Under the pieces are notes generated by a model. That model did not search any database. It was not told where the DNA came from and worked only from the letters and a program-made list of their open reading frames with translations. Shown one piece after another: positions 26,346 to 34,245 of a stretch of 64,000 nt of DNA; position 1 is the stretch's first letter, and each line of letters starts with the position of its first letter. Position numbers and translations under genes: made by a program. This stretch comes from a bacterium (GTDB taxonomy: Bacteria > Bacillota > Clostridia > Christensenellales > CAG-917). The stretch spans positions 1,770 through 65,769 of the forward strand of contig CAVKIG010000001.1 in the NCBI GenBank assembly GCA_963656415.1, given 5' to 3'.

Positions 26346-26684
26346 ATGAAGAACAAGAAAGAGCCACACTAACGGCAACCCTAATGTACTGAGCGTACAT
26401 GAGTTGACGAGAGCGTGGCTCTGACGAAGTTATTCGCTAATAGAAAAAACTAGTAAATAAGGCTGATATTTAGATGCAGAGCAATGAAAAGCCCCTTGGG
26501 AAACAACCCTAGTGTACGTTTGGTACATGAGTTGTTTTTTGCGGCAGTCAATGTATATTAAGGAAAATAATCGTTATATTTAGATGAAGAACAAGAAAGG
26601 CACGGCTTGAACCAAAACCCAACGTACAAAGCGTACGTGATTTTGGAGCAAGCCGTGCCTGACGAAGTTATTCGCTAAATAGAA
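26345..26684. repeat. Array of three long-hairpin units (U1 26345-26445, U2 26466-26570, U3 26576-26684)
   Basis: U1 and U3 share flanks GATGAAGAACAAGAAAG and TGACGAAGTTATTCGCTAA(A)TAGAA around different ~60-nt hairpins. All three tips read GTAC-N5-GTAC. U3 ends 3 nt from the EF-G2 stop. Confidence 0.8.
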
Positions 26685-26687
26685 CGA

Positions 26688-28751
26688 TTATTTTTTGGCG
26701 GCTTCTTCTTCACGCTTCTTAGCATCCGCAATAATCTTATCGTTGTTCATTGCGGGCACTTCTTCGTAGCGGACGATGTGCATTTCAAACTTACCGCGAC
26801 CTTGCGTCATGGAGCGGAGATCGGTTGCATAGCGGAACATTTCTGCTTGCGGAACTTCTGCGGTGATGATTTGTTTGCCGTTTGCCATATCGGTGCCGAG
26901 AATACGACCGCGACGTTTGTTCATATCGCCGAGAATGTCGCCGAGATACTCATCGGGAACGGTGACTTTCGCTTCAACGATAGGTTCAAGGAAGCACGGA
27001 CCTGCCGCCGCAATACCGTCTGCATATGAGAGTTTCGCTGCGGTGACGAATGCGATTTCCTTGGAGTCGACGGGGTGATATTTTCCGTCATAAAGCGTCG
27101 CTTTGAGATTGACCATCGGGTATCCTGCGAGAACGCCGTGTTTGATTGCTTCGCGCAAGCCTTTTTCGACTGCAGGAATGAATTGACGCGGAACTGCGCC
27201 GCCGACAACTGCGTCTACGAATTCGAAATCGCCGTCTGCCGCACCCGGCTCGAACTTGATGAAAACGTCACCGTATTGACCTGCGCCGCCAGATTGTTTC
27301 TTGTGTTTACCTTCTGCGGAAGCGGTCTTGCGGATAGTCTCGCGATATGCGACTCTGGGTTCTTGCCAAGTGATGTCGATGCCGAGTTTACCTTTGACGC
27401 GTTTGCACATAATGTCGAGTTGCGCTTCACCGAGACCGCTGATAAGCACGTCACCGGTTTCAACGTTCTTTTCGACCTTGAACGTTGCGTCTTCTTCTTG
27501 CATCTTGATGAGCCCTTGAATTGCTTTTTCTTCGTCTTTGAGAGCCTTGACTGCGTAAGAGATGACGGGCTTCGGGAATTCGATTTTCTCAAATTGAATC
27601 TTGTTGTCGGGAGTTGCGAGCGTGTCGTTGGTGTTGGTGTACACAAGTTTTGCAACCGCGCCGATGTCGCCTGCGTTCAAGCAATCGACGGGTTCTTGTT
27701 TCTTGCCTTTGAGAACGTAAAGCGTACCGATTTTTTCGGTTTTGTCAACGCTGACGTTGTAGACGGTGTCGCCGCTTGAGAGTTTGCCGCCGAGAACTTT
27801 GAAGATAAGAAGTTTTCCGACGTACGGGTCAACGACAGATTTGATGACTTGTGCGCAGAACGGAGCGGACGGATCTACGCCGACTTCGATTTCTTTGCCG
27901 TCTTTGATTGCTTTGATCTTGTGCGCTCTTTGCGGATGCGGCATAAGATCGACAAGTTTGTCCATAAGACGTTTGACGCCCTTTGAAGTTTGTGCATTGC
28001 CTGCAACGAGCGGAACGAAAATATCGTCTGCGATTGCAACGTGCAAACCTTTCTGAATCTCTTCGTCGGTGAACGCTTCGCCGTCAAAGAATTTCATCAT
28101 GAGCTCTTCGTCGGTCTCGGCAATCATTTCCATGAGTTTGCCGTTGAATTCGTCAATGTCCGCTTTCATAGATGCGGGAGCGGAGATTTCTTTATCGGAA
28201 AGGTCAAATGCCTTGCCTGTGAGAACGTCCACTGTACCGACCATCTTGCCGCCTTCCATAATCGGAAGTTCGATGGGGACTACACTCTTATATTTTGCCA
28301 TGATGGCTCTTGCCGTGCCCATGAAGTCACTGTTGTCTTTGTCGACAGCATTGACGAAAATGAGTGCGGACACTCTCTTTTCTTGGCAAAGTTCGAGAGC
28401 CTTTTCAGTGCCGACGGTGACCGAACCGGTCGCGCTGGTGACGACGACTGCGCTGTCTGCTGCGTGCAAAGCGGCAATCATTTCGCCTTCGAAATCGAAA
28501 AATCCGGGAGCGTCGAGAATGTTTATCTTGGTGTTGCGATAAATCGCGTAACCGAGAGACAAAGAAATTGAAATCTTGCGTTTGATTTCTTCGTCATCGT
28601 AGTCCATCGTAGACGTGCCGTCGTCGACTTTGCCGAGACGGTCGATGGTCTTCGCTTCAAACATCATTGCTTCTGCGAGGGATGTTTTGCCCTCGCCGGA
28701 GTGGCCGATGAGCGCAACGTTGCGGATTGAGTCTGTATCAAAAATCTTCAT
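26688..28751 (-). CDS. Elongation factor G paralog (EF-G2-like translational GTPase)
   Basis: 687 aa with five-domain EF-G architecture. The G1 motif is GHSGEGKTS instead of the canonical AHIDAGKTT, followed by DAPGFFDF. Not located in an str operon. Confidence 0.8.
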   Translation of the reverse strand: MKIFDTDSIRNVALIGHSGEGKTSLAEAMMFEAKTIDRLGKVDDGTSTMDYDDEEIKRKISISLSLGYAIYRNTKINILDAPGFFDFEGEMIAALHAADSAVVVTSATGSVTVGTEKALELCQEKRVSALIFVNAVDKDNSDFMGTARAIMAKYKSVVPIELPIMEGGKMVGTVDVLTGKAFDLSDKEISAPASMKADIDEFNGKLMEMIAETDEELMMKFFDGEAFTDEEIQKGLHVAIADDIFVPLVAGNAQTSKGVKRLMDKLVDLMPHPQRAHKIKAIKDGKEIEVGVDPSAPFCAQVIKSVVDPYVGKLLIFKVLGGKLSSGDTVYNVSVDKTEKIGTLYVLKGKKQEPVDCLNAGDIGAVAKLVYTNTNDTLATPDNKIQFEKIEFPKPVISYAVKALKDEEKAIQGLIKMQEEDATFKVEKNVETGDVLISGLGEAQLDIMCKRVKGKLGIDITWQEPRVAYRETIRKTASAEGKHKKQSGGAGQYGDVFIKFEPGAADGDFEFVDAVVGGAVPRQFIPAVEKGLREAIKHGVLAGYPMVNLKATLYDGKYHPVDSKEIAFVTAAKLSYADGIAAAGPCFLEPIVEAKVTVPDEYLGDILGDMNKRRGRILGTDMANGKQIITAEVPQAEMFRYATDLRSMTQGRGKFEMHIVRYEEVPAMNNDKIIADAKKREEEAAKK

Positions 28752-29057
28752 AATTTACCTCTTTTAAAGTGGATAGTACAATTATATAATAAAATATCGA
28801 TATTTTCAAGCACATTTTTAGCCGCAAAAAGGCGTTGGAAAGCATATAAGCCGATACAGCGTATTAGATTACGGAAAAATTTTTTCATATTTTTTCGAGC
28901 CTTTTGCACTGTTTTGCAAAATATGCCGTTAGAATATCGGTTTTGTTATCTGAGATTTTTACAAATCACGTTCTATCGGCGTTTTTGCAAGGAAATTTCA
29001 AAATCTACAAAAATTGCGTTTATGACAAAAAACGTGCATTTAACATATATAACTAAT

Positions 29058-29783
29058 ATGGTTATCGGCGTATACGACAGCGGCATCGGCGGACTTACAA
29101 CACTATCAAAAATCGCAAGAATTTATCCCGATTGCGAGTTTTTCTATTTCTCCGACAACAAAAACCATCCTTTCGGCAACAAGGACAAAAAAGAACTCGA
29201 AAAAATAGTTAACAGTGCCGTTGCAAAACTGAAAAACAACAGCGACGTTCAGATTCTTGCGTGTAATACGGCATCGAGCACATATAAAGGCGACGACGTG
29301 ATAAAACTTTTGCCGCCAACTTGCCTATGCACCGCTATTCCCGACAAAACGCTTCTTATGGCAACTGACAGAACGATTGCAAATCTTCACTCCGACTGTG
29401 TGAAAATCGCAAATACGCCCGAACTTGCAACAATGATTGAAATTCAGGCGGAACTTAACAGAAATCTCGATATGAGCGCACTTGTACCCTATCTTAAAAA
29501 ACGCATAGGAAAATTCTACGGCGTAAACAACGTGATTCTTGGCTGTTCACATTATCCGTATTGCAAAAAAGAGATAAAAAGAATTCTCGGGGACGTTGCG
29601 TTTTTCGACGGAAACGATTTGGTTCAATGCAATCTGAAATCGGAAATGAAAATCCACGGATACGTGAAAAACACGAGTTTTAAAGATTTCTCACTTGAAA
29701 ACGTGCGTTTCGTTTTCAGCGGATTGAACGAAGAAAAGAAGTATAAAAGGATACTCGAAGAATTGATTCAGGACGAAATTTAA
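29058..29783 (+). CDS. murI: Glutamate racemase
   Basis: ORF 28914..29783, trimmed to the ATG at 29058. VYDSGIGGLT, ACNTAS and GCSHYP (the two catalytic Cys motifs). Confidence 0.9.
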   Translation: MVIGVYDSGIGGLTTLSKIARIYPDCEFFYFSDNKNHPFGNKDKKELEKIVNSAVAKLKNNSDVQILACNTASSTYKGDDVIKLLPPTCLCTAIPDKTLLMATDRTIANLHSDCVKIANTPELATMIEIQAELNRNLDMSALVPYLKKRIGKFYGVNNVILGCSHYPYCKKEIKRILGDVAFFDGNDLVQCNLKSEMKIHGYVKNTSFKDFSLENVRFVFSGLNEEKKYKRILEELIQDEI

Positions 29784-29891
29784 CTTGATCAAACAAGGTT
29801 TTAAATTTTTCAAAAACAAAGTTTTATCACGTTAGATTGCCTGAATATTGCATTTTGCAGTCATAACGGACAAAAATAAACCGCATCGACG

Positions 29892-30758
29892 TTACAGATT
29901 GATTCCAAACGCAAGTTCTATTGCGTGCGCCACGACCTTAGACGATTTTTCGACGAGAAAATCTACGTCCTTGGGGGCAACGACGAGATTTGACAAACTC
30001 TCTTCTTTTAGCCGTTCTCGAAGCAAAAACTCGTCTATTGCGCCGTCTTGTTTGCTCGCATAATCTTTTATAAAAGAGTATATCGCAGTGCGAAGCGCAA
30101 GCATCATCGGCACGCCTATTGAAATCGTTGGTACGCCGAGCGTAGATTTATCGATTCTTTCCTTGTCAAGTCCTACACCGCTTCCGGGCGCAATGCCTGC
30201 GCTCGAAATCTGAAACGACCGTCCGAGACGTTTTGCCATCGAAGTCGCAAGGCTGTCAACGAGAATCACCGCGCACGGCTTGATTTTGCCCACAACGCCG
30301 CTTATTATTTCAGCGGACTGCATCCCCGTCATCCCCGAAACGCCGGTTGACAGCGCGCATACGCTTTGCAACGAAGACGCGTTAAGATCCCTTGTAACGT
30401 GCAATTTTTCGACGCAACGCGTGCCGAGAGAGTCTGATACGATAAGCCTGTTTCCTAGCCCTGCGACAAGCACGGGCGAAGTGCGTTTCGTGATGCCGAC
30501 AAGGTCTTTTATTGCTGTTGAGATTTGTTTTGCAAGATAGTTTTCGGCATATTTGTCCGCATATATGTCTTCCCTAGCGTCAAACGTGATATATTTTCCT
30601 ATATCGCGTCCGATTTTCTTTGCCTGTTCCGCGTTTTTTATCCAAATCGAACGTTTTTCAATTCCATACGACAACGTCTTTTTGTCGGCAAGCGAGCCGA
30701 ATCCCTTTTCATTTGCGCTTTCTATCGCCAAATCGGTGACTATATGTCCGTAAATCAT
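29892..30758 (-). CDS. gpr: Germination protease GPR (spore endopeptidase)
   Basis: VTDLAIE N-terminus, VAGLGNRLIVSDSLG and ILVDSLA motifs. Divergent from rpsT as in B. subtilis. Confidence 0.85.
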   Translation of the reverse strand: MIYGHIVTDLAIESANEKGFGSLADKKTLSYGIEKRSIWIKNAEQAKKIGRDIGKYITFDAREDIYADKYAENYLAKQISTAIKDLVGITKRTSPVLVAGLGNRLIVSDSLGTRCVEKLHVTRDLNASSLQSVCALSTGVSGMTGMQSAEIISGVVGKIKPCAVILVDSLATSMAKRLGRSFQISSAGIAPGSGVGLDKERIDKSTLGVPTISIGVPMMLALRTAIYSFIKDYASKQDGAIDEFLLRERLKEESLSNLVVAPKDVDFLVEKSSKVVAHAIELAFGINL

Positions 30759-30763
30759 AACTT

Positions 30764-30792
30764 TATTGTGAGTTTATATGAAAAATCAATGC
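30764..30792 (-). promoter_or_regulatory. Possible forespore (sigma-F/G-like) promoter of gpr: GCATT-17-CACAATA
   Basis: Resembles GHATR-17/18-CATxHTA with two mismatches. There is no SD before the gpr ATG, which lies 5 nt downstream of the -10. Confidence 0.3.
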
Positions 30793-30799
30793 AAAACGG

Positions 30800-30828
30800 T
30801 TGCAAGATTTTTGCGTATATGCTAATAT
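30800..30828 (+). promoter_or_regulatory. Sigma-A-type promoter of rpsT (TTGCAA-17-TAATAT)
   Basis: The hexamers lie about 40 nt upstream of the ATG at 30870. Confidence 0.55.
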
Positions 30829-30869
30829 ATCAAAGATATTTATCGGTACAAAAGTACAAGGAGTAAAAT

Positions 30870-31136
30870 ATGCCAAATATTAAGTCAGCAAAAAAGAGAG
30901 TTATCACTTCTGAAAAGAGAAACGAAATCAACACCGCTAAAAAAGCGCGCGTTAAAACCGCTATCAAGAAATACAATGCGGCTATCGAAGCAAAAGACGT
31001 TGCTCTTGCAGAGAAACTTCTCCCCGAGACAATTTCAGTTATCGATTGCGCATACAAAGACGGCATCTACAAAAAGAACACGGTTGCAAGAAAGAAATCA
31101 ACTCTCTGCCGCGCTCTTGACGCTATCAAAGCATAA
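30870..31136 (+). CDS. rpsT: 30S ribosomal protein S20
   Basis: MPNIKSAKKRVITSEKRNEINTAKK. AAGGAG RBS. Confidence 0.95.
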   Translation: MPNIKSAKKRVITSEKRNEINTAKKARVKTAIKKYNAAIEAKDVALAEKLLPETISVIDCAYKDGIYKKNTVARKKSTLCRALDAIKA

Positions 31137-31166
31137 CGTATAACAAACAAGAAAACTTGTCTTTTG

Positions 31167-31195
31167 AAAGACTGCTTCAAGGCAGTCTTTTTTTC
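31167..31195 (+). terminator. Intrinsic terminator after rpsT
   Basis: AAGACTGC-CTTCAAG-GCAGTCTT followed by a T run. Confidence 0.8.
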
Positions 31196-31262
31196 GTTGT
31201 AATTAAATTTGAAATTCACTATTGAAAACGATCGATTTGACAATTTCCGAAAAACGTTAAAA

Positions 31263-33155
31263 TCACGACTTGCGTTTTCTATGAACCACGACGAGCATAG
31301 TTGCGGCAAACGCCGCCAATATGACGACGGACGCGACTATCGTGAAGATTTTGAGAACGTCCGCGGTTTCTTCACTGATGAGTGCGACGTCGAGTTGAAC
31401 TCCGCTCGTATAGTGGCCGTTGATTTTTGCAATGACGGTATAATTTCCCATGCTTTCGGGCTTGAACTCGAAGTTGAACCCGCGACCACGCAATTCGCCG
31501 TTGACGTACCACTGAACGTCGGCGGTTGGAGATACGAATTCGCTTTTGAAATCGTTGATTGTGAAACTGTAAGTCTTACCGACCTGACAAACGATGCGAG
31601 AGACTTCCCTGCCTTCGTCGTCAACTGCGGAAATTTTAAGTTTTGAAATCTGTTCTGGCGCATATTCGAGATAATTCACGGATATAGTAATAAGCTCGCT
31701 TTGCTCGCGATAAACTTCAGTCTCACTCTCGTACGTCCATCTCGCATAAAGCCTTGCCGTGTACACTTTGTTGTCCGGCGTGTAGTCGATTTGAAATCCC
31801 GTCGCAATACGAGTTTCGTTGCCGTCGTCGTCAATCTCGAACCATTCCACCTTTCCGAGTTCGCTAAGCCTGAACGGATAAACGATGCAACTGAGCGTAA
31901 CGTCGCTCAAATCGGACAAATTCTGTGACAAATTGTCTCCGTCGCACCTGATTTTGATGCTTACGCCGTCATTCACAAGCGTGCAAAGGTCAAAAGCACT
32001 GTAGGTCACATTGTCTTTTTTGACTTCCGAGCCTATGGAATTCTTCACCTTTTTTGCGATTTGAGCGGGCGTGAGCAAACTCTCGCCGCTGACTGCCGAA
32101 CGCGCTCTGTCTTGCAGTATGGCAAGCGCCGCGCCGAAAGATACCACGGGAGAAGCCATGCTAGTTCCGCTTAATTTCTTATATCCTTCGCTCGTTGCGC
32201 CGTCCGCGCTGTAATAATCCGAACCGGGCGCACATACGTCGTATTTCAAGCCGTAATTCGACGTTGAAGACATCACCTTTTCGCCCGAAGCGTTTTTCGT
32301 GTAGTTCATAACGCCGACCACACCGTCGCTTGCCCCCGGATAATACGGAGTGACTTCCGACGATACGCCTTTCGTGATTCCCCACGATTTTTCGCCGTTG
32401 CCTGCCGCCGCGACGAAAACCGCGCTTGACGCTTGCGCCGCCGAAATTCTGAAATCGGTGCTTTTTGCCGCAAGCGACATATTCACGACGTCCGCTCCGT
32501 TTTCGAGCGCAAATTGCACTCCGTCTTTGAACGCCGTGCTTGAAAACGTAGAACTCGTAGCCGTTGGATACGCGGATTTTACGGGCATGATTTTGACGTA
32601 CTTTTCGAGATTCAATTCGTGAATAAAAGTCGCGATTATGCCTGCAACGTGCGTGCCGTGCTTATCGGGCGCGTCGTCCGCCACGCTGAAATTTGTCGAA
32701 GCGTAATTCTTGTCTGACACGAGAACGGTGTTTTTTCCGATAAGTTTGCCGTCCGAATCTCTGTACAATACGTCGTACTCTCCGATACCGTCACTATCGA
32801 CAGCAACTCCGTTTTCGTCATACTTTCCCGTGAACAACTCGTGGTCGTAGTTTATTCCCGAATCCACTACGGCGACCACGACGGGCTTTATGTTTGAAAA
32901 ATCGTACTGCGAAGACGAAAACCAACCCGAAACGCTCTCTTTCAATTTTGCAAGATCGAGATAGTTTTCCCCCATATACCAATCGTGGGCTTCTTTTACG
33001 ACGAAATCGTTGTATCCGTCAGGGCTTACGGCGTACGCAATGCCAAAATCGTATGAAAAACTCGCAAAAACGCAAACAAGGACGAGTGCAACGGTCAAAA
33101 TACCTATTGCATACGTCCTTGAATCGTGTTTAGTAAAATCTTTGAAATTTCTCAT
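31263..33155 (-). CDS. S8 (subtilisin-like) serine peptidase with N-terminal signal-anchor, Ig-like C-terminal repeats and a C-terminal TM helix
   Basis: The Asp/His/Ser triad motifs are VDSGINYDH, HGTHVAGII and SGTSMASP. Hydrophobic helices are present at both ends. Confidence 0.85.
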   Translation of the reverse strand: MRNFKDFTKHDSRTYAIGILTVALVLVCVFASFSYDFGIAYAVSPDGYNDFVVKEAHDWYMGENYLDLAKLKESVSGWFSSSQYDFSNIKPVVVAVVDSGINYDHELFTGKYDENGVAVDSDGIGEYDVLYRDSDGKLIGKNTVLVSDKNYASTNFSVADDAPDKHGTHVAGIIATFIHELNLEKYVKIMPVKSAYPTATSSTFSSTAFKDGVQFALENGADVVNMSLAAKSTDFRISAAQASSAVFVAAAGNGEKSWGITKGVSSEVTPYYPGASDGVVGVMNYTKNASGEKVMSSTSNYGLKYDVCAPGSDYYSADGATSEGYKKLSGTSMASPVVSFGAALAILQDRARSAVSGESLLTPAQIAKKVKNSIGSEVKKDNVTYSAFDLCTLVNDGVSIKIRCDGDNLSQNLSDLSDVTLSCIVYPFRLSELGKVEWFEIDDDGNETRIATGFQIDYTPDNKVYTARLYARWTYESETEVYREQSELITISVNYLEYAPEQISKLKISAVDDEGREVSRIVCQVGKTYSFTINDFKSEFVSPTADVQWYVNGELRGRGFNFEFKPESMGNYTVIAKINGHYTSGVQLDVALISEETADVLKIFTIVASVVILAAFAATMLVVVHRKRKS

Positions 33156-33174
33156 ACGCGCGCCGCGCGACGAA

Positions 33175-34137
33175 TCAAATCCAAACGACCTTGCCGTCGA
33201 GCGTCAACGTCCCCCATTTGCCGTCTTTTTTAACCTTGGCTTCACCGTTTTCAAACGGAGTGCCCGCGTCGTATTCAAACGGAATGACGACTTCGTTATT
33301 CTTGTTTATATAACCGCATTTTTCGCCTTTTACGACCATTGCGTAACCTTCCGAAAAACTCATTGCGGTGTCGTAGTCAAGCGGAATGACGACGTTGTTT
33401 TCTTCGTCGATATAGCCGCATTTTTCGTCGATTTCGACGGAAGCGAGACCTTCTTTGAAAGCGAATATCTCGTCGTACATCGTGGGTATGACGATTTTGA
33501 AACCGTTTGAATATCCCCACTTTCCGCCTTTGAGAACTTTGCGCCACTCTCCGAGTGCAAGCGGTTCGGTCAGTTTTTCAGGGCGTTGCGGCTTGTTTTG
33601 TTGCGCCTTTTGCGGTGCTTGTTTTTGTTGTTTGCCGTTTAAAGTCGCTCTGTCCGCAAGACCGAATTTGGAATGACCGCTCTCGTTTCTTTGCTGTTGT
33701 TTGTCGTTCTTTTGCGTTTTCTGCGGATTCTGCTTGTCTTTGCCGCCGTCTTCGACGAGTTGCGGCTTGACTTTGGGCGTTTTTTCTTTTTGCGCTTCGC
33801 CGTCCTGCTTTTGCGGCTTATCTTGTTTGTTGACTTGCTCAGCTCTTAAAAACATACCGTTTGCTTTTAGAGCGTCCTTGACTTCAAAAAGTATTTTCTT
33901 GTTGAGACCTTGCACCTTGTACATATCCTTTTCGGTGCGTTTGACAATGTCTGCCGCCGTCTGAATACGATTTTTTTCAAGCAAAGCGCAGGTGGTTTCG
34001 CTTATTCCGAGTTCGGCAATCGATTTTGCAAGTTGCTCCGAAGAAAAAAGTGCGATTTGTTGCTCTTGCGCCCCGTCCTGATTTTGTTTGCGGGGGCGAT
34101 TTTTATAGTAATAATGTTTTTTATTGTTGTTTGCCAT
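33175..34137 (-). CDS. Protein with RpoA-CTD-like helix-hairpin-helix domain, Q/K-rich linker and C-terminal WG (KWG) repeats
   Basis: LGISETTCALLEKNRIQTAADIVKRTEKDMYKVQGLNKKILFEVKDAL resembles the RNAP alpha CTD HhH. The C-terminus has repeated G(K/E)(W/C)GYI-type WG-repeat units. The stop is 19 nt before the S8 peptidase start. Confidence 0.55.
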   Translation of the reverse strand: MANNNKKHYYYKNRPRKQNQDGAQEQQIALFSSEQLAKSIAELGISETTCALLEKNRIQTAADIVKRTEKDMYKVQGLNKKILFEVKDALKANGMFLRAEQVNKQDKPQKQDGEAQKEKTPKVKPQLVEDGGKDKQNPQKTQKNDKQQQRNESGHSKFGLADRATLNGKQQKQAPQKAQQNKPQRPEKLTEPLALGEWRKVLKGGKWGYSNGFKIVIPTMYDEIFAFKEGLASVEIDEKCGYIDEENNVVIPLDYDTAMSFSEGYAMVVKGEKCGYINKNNEVVIPFEYDAGTPFENGEAKVKKDGKWGTLTLDGKVVWI

Positions 34138-34209
34138 ATATAAACCTTTTCTATGATATTAACACACGCGCGCGATTATTTCAAGTGTTAAAGTTATTAT
34201 AATCTTATC

Positions 34210-34238
34210 TTGACTTAAAGTTTTAATTTGATTATACT
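34210..34238 (+). promoter_or_regulatory. Sigma-A-type promoter TTGACT-17-TATACT, 7 nt upstream of the ATG at 34246 (leaderless candidate)
   Basis: Hexamers and spacing were counted base by base. There is no SD between the -10 and the ATG. Confidence 0.55.
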
Positions 34239-34245
34239 TATATTT

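Noticed and set aside
25279-26400. ORFs overlapping the SRP RNA and the R2/R1 repeats (25279-25704, 25684-25971, 25830-26240, 25886-26188, 26005-26331, 26176-26400), plus 47971-48402 and 48426-48665 at the second island.
   Set aside because: They overlap a well-supported ncRNA or repeat modules. The peptide similarity between loci (YSKTEHEPQRRR) reflects DNA repeat identity in a region that also differs by indels. No RBS or start-codon context.
26345-26684. CRISPR array interpretation of the three reiterated units.
   Set aside because: The constant parts are the flanks and the variable parts are themselves long palindromes. Unit spacing is irregular, there are only three units, and there are no cas genes in the window.
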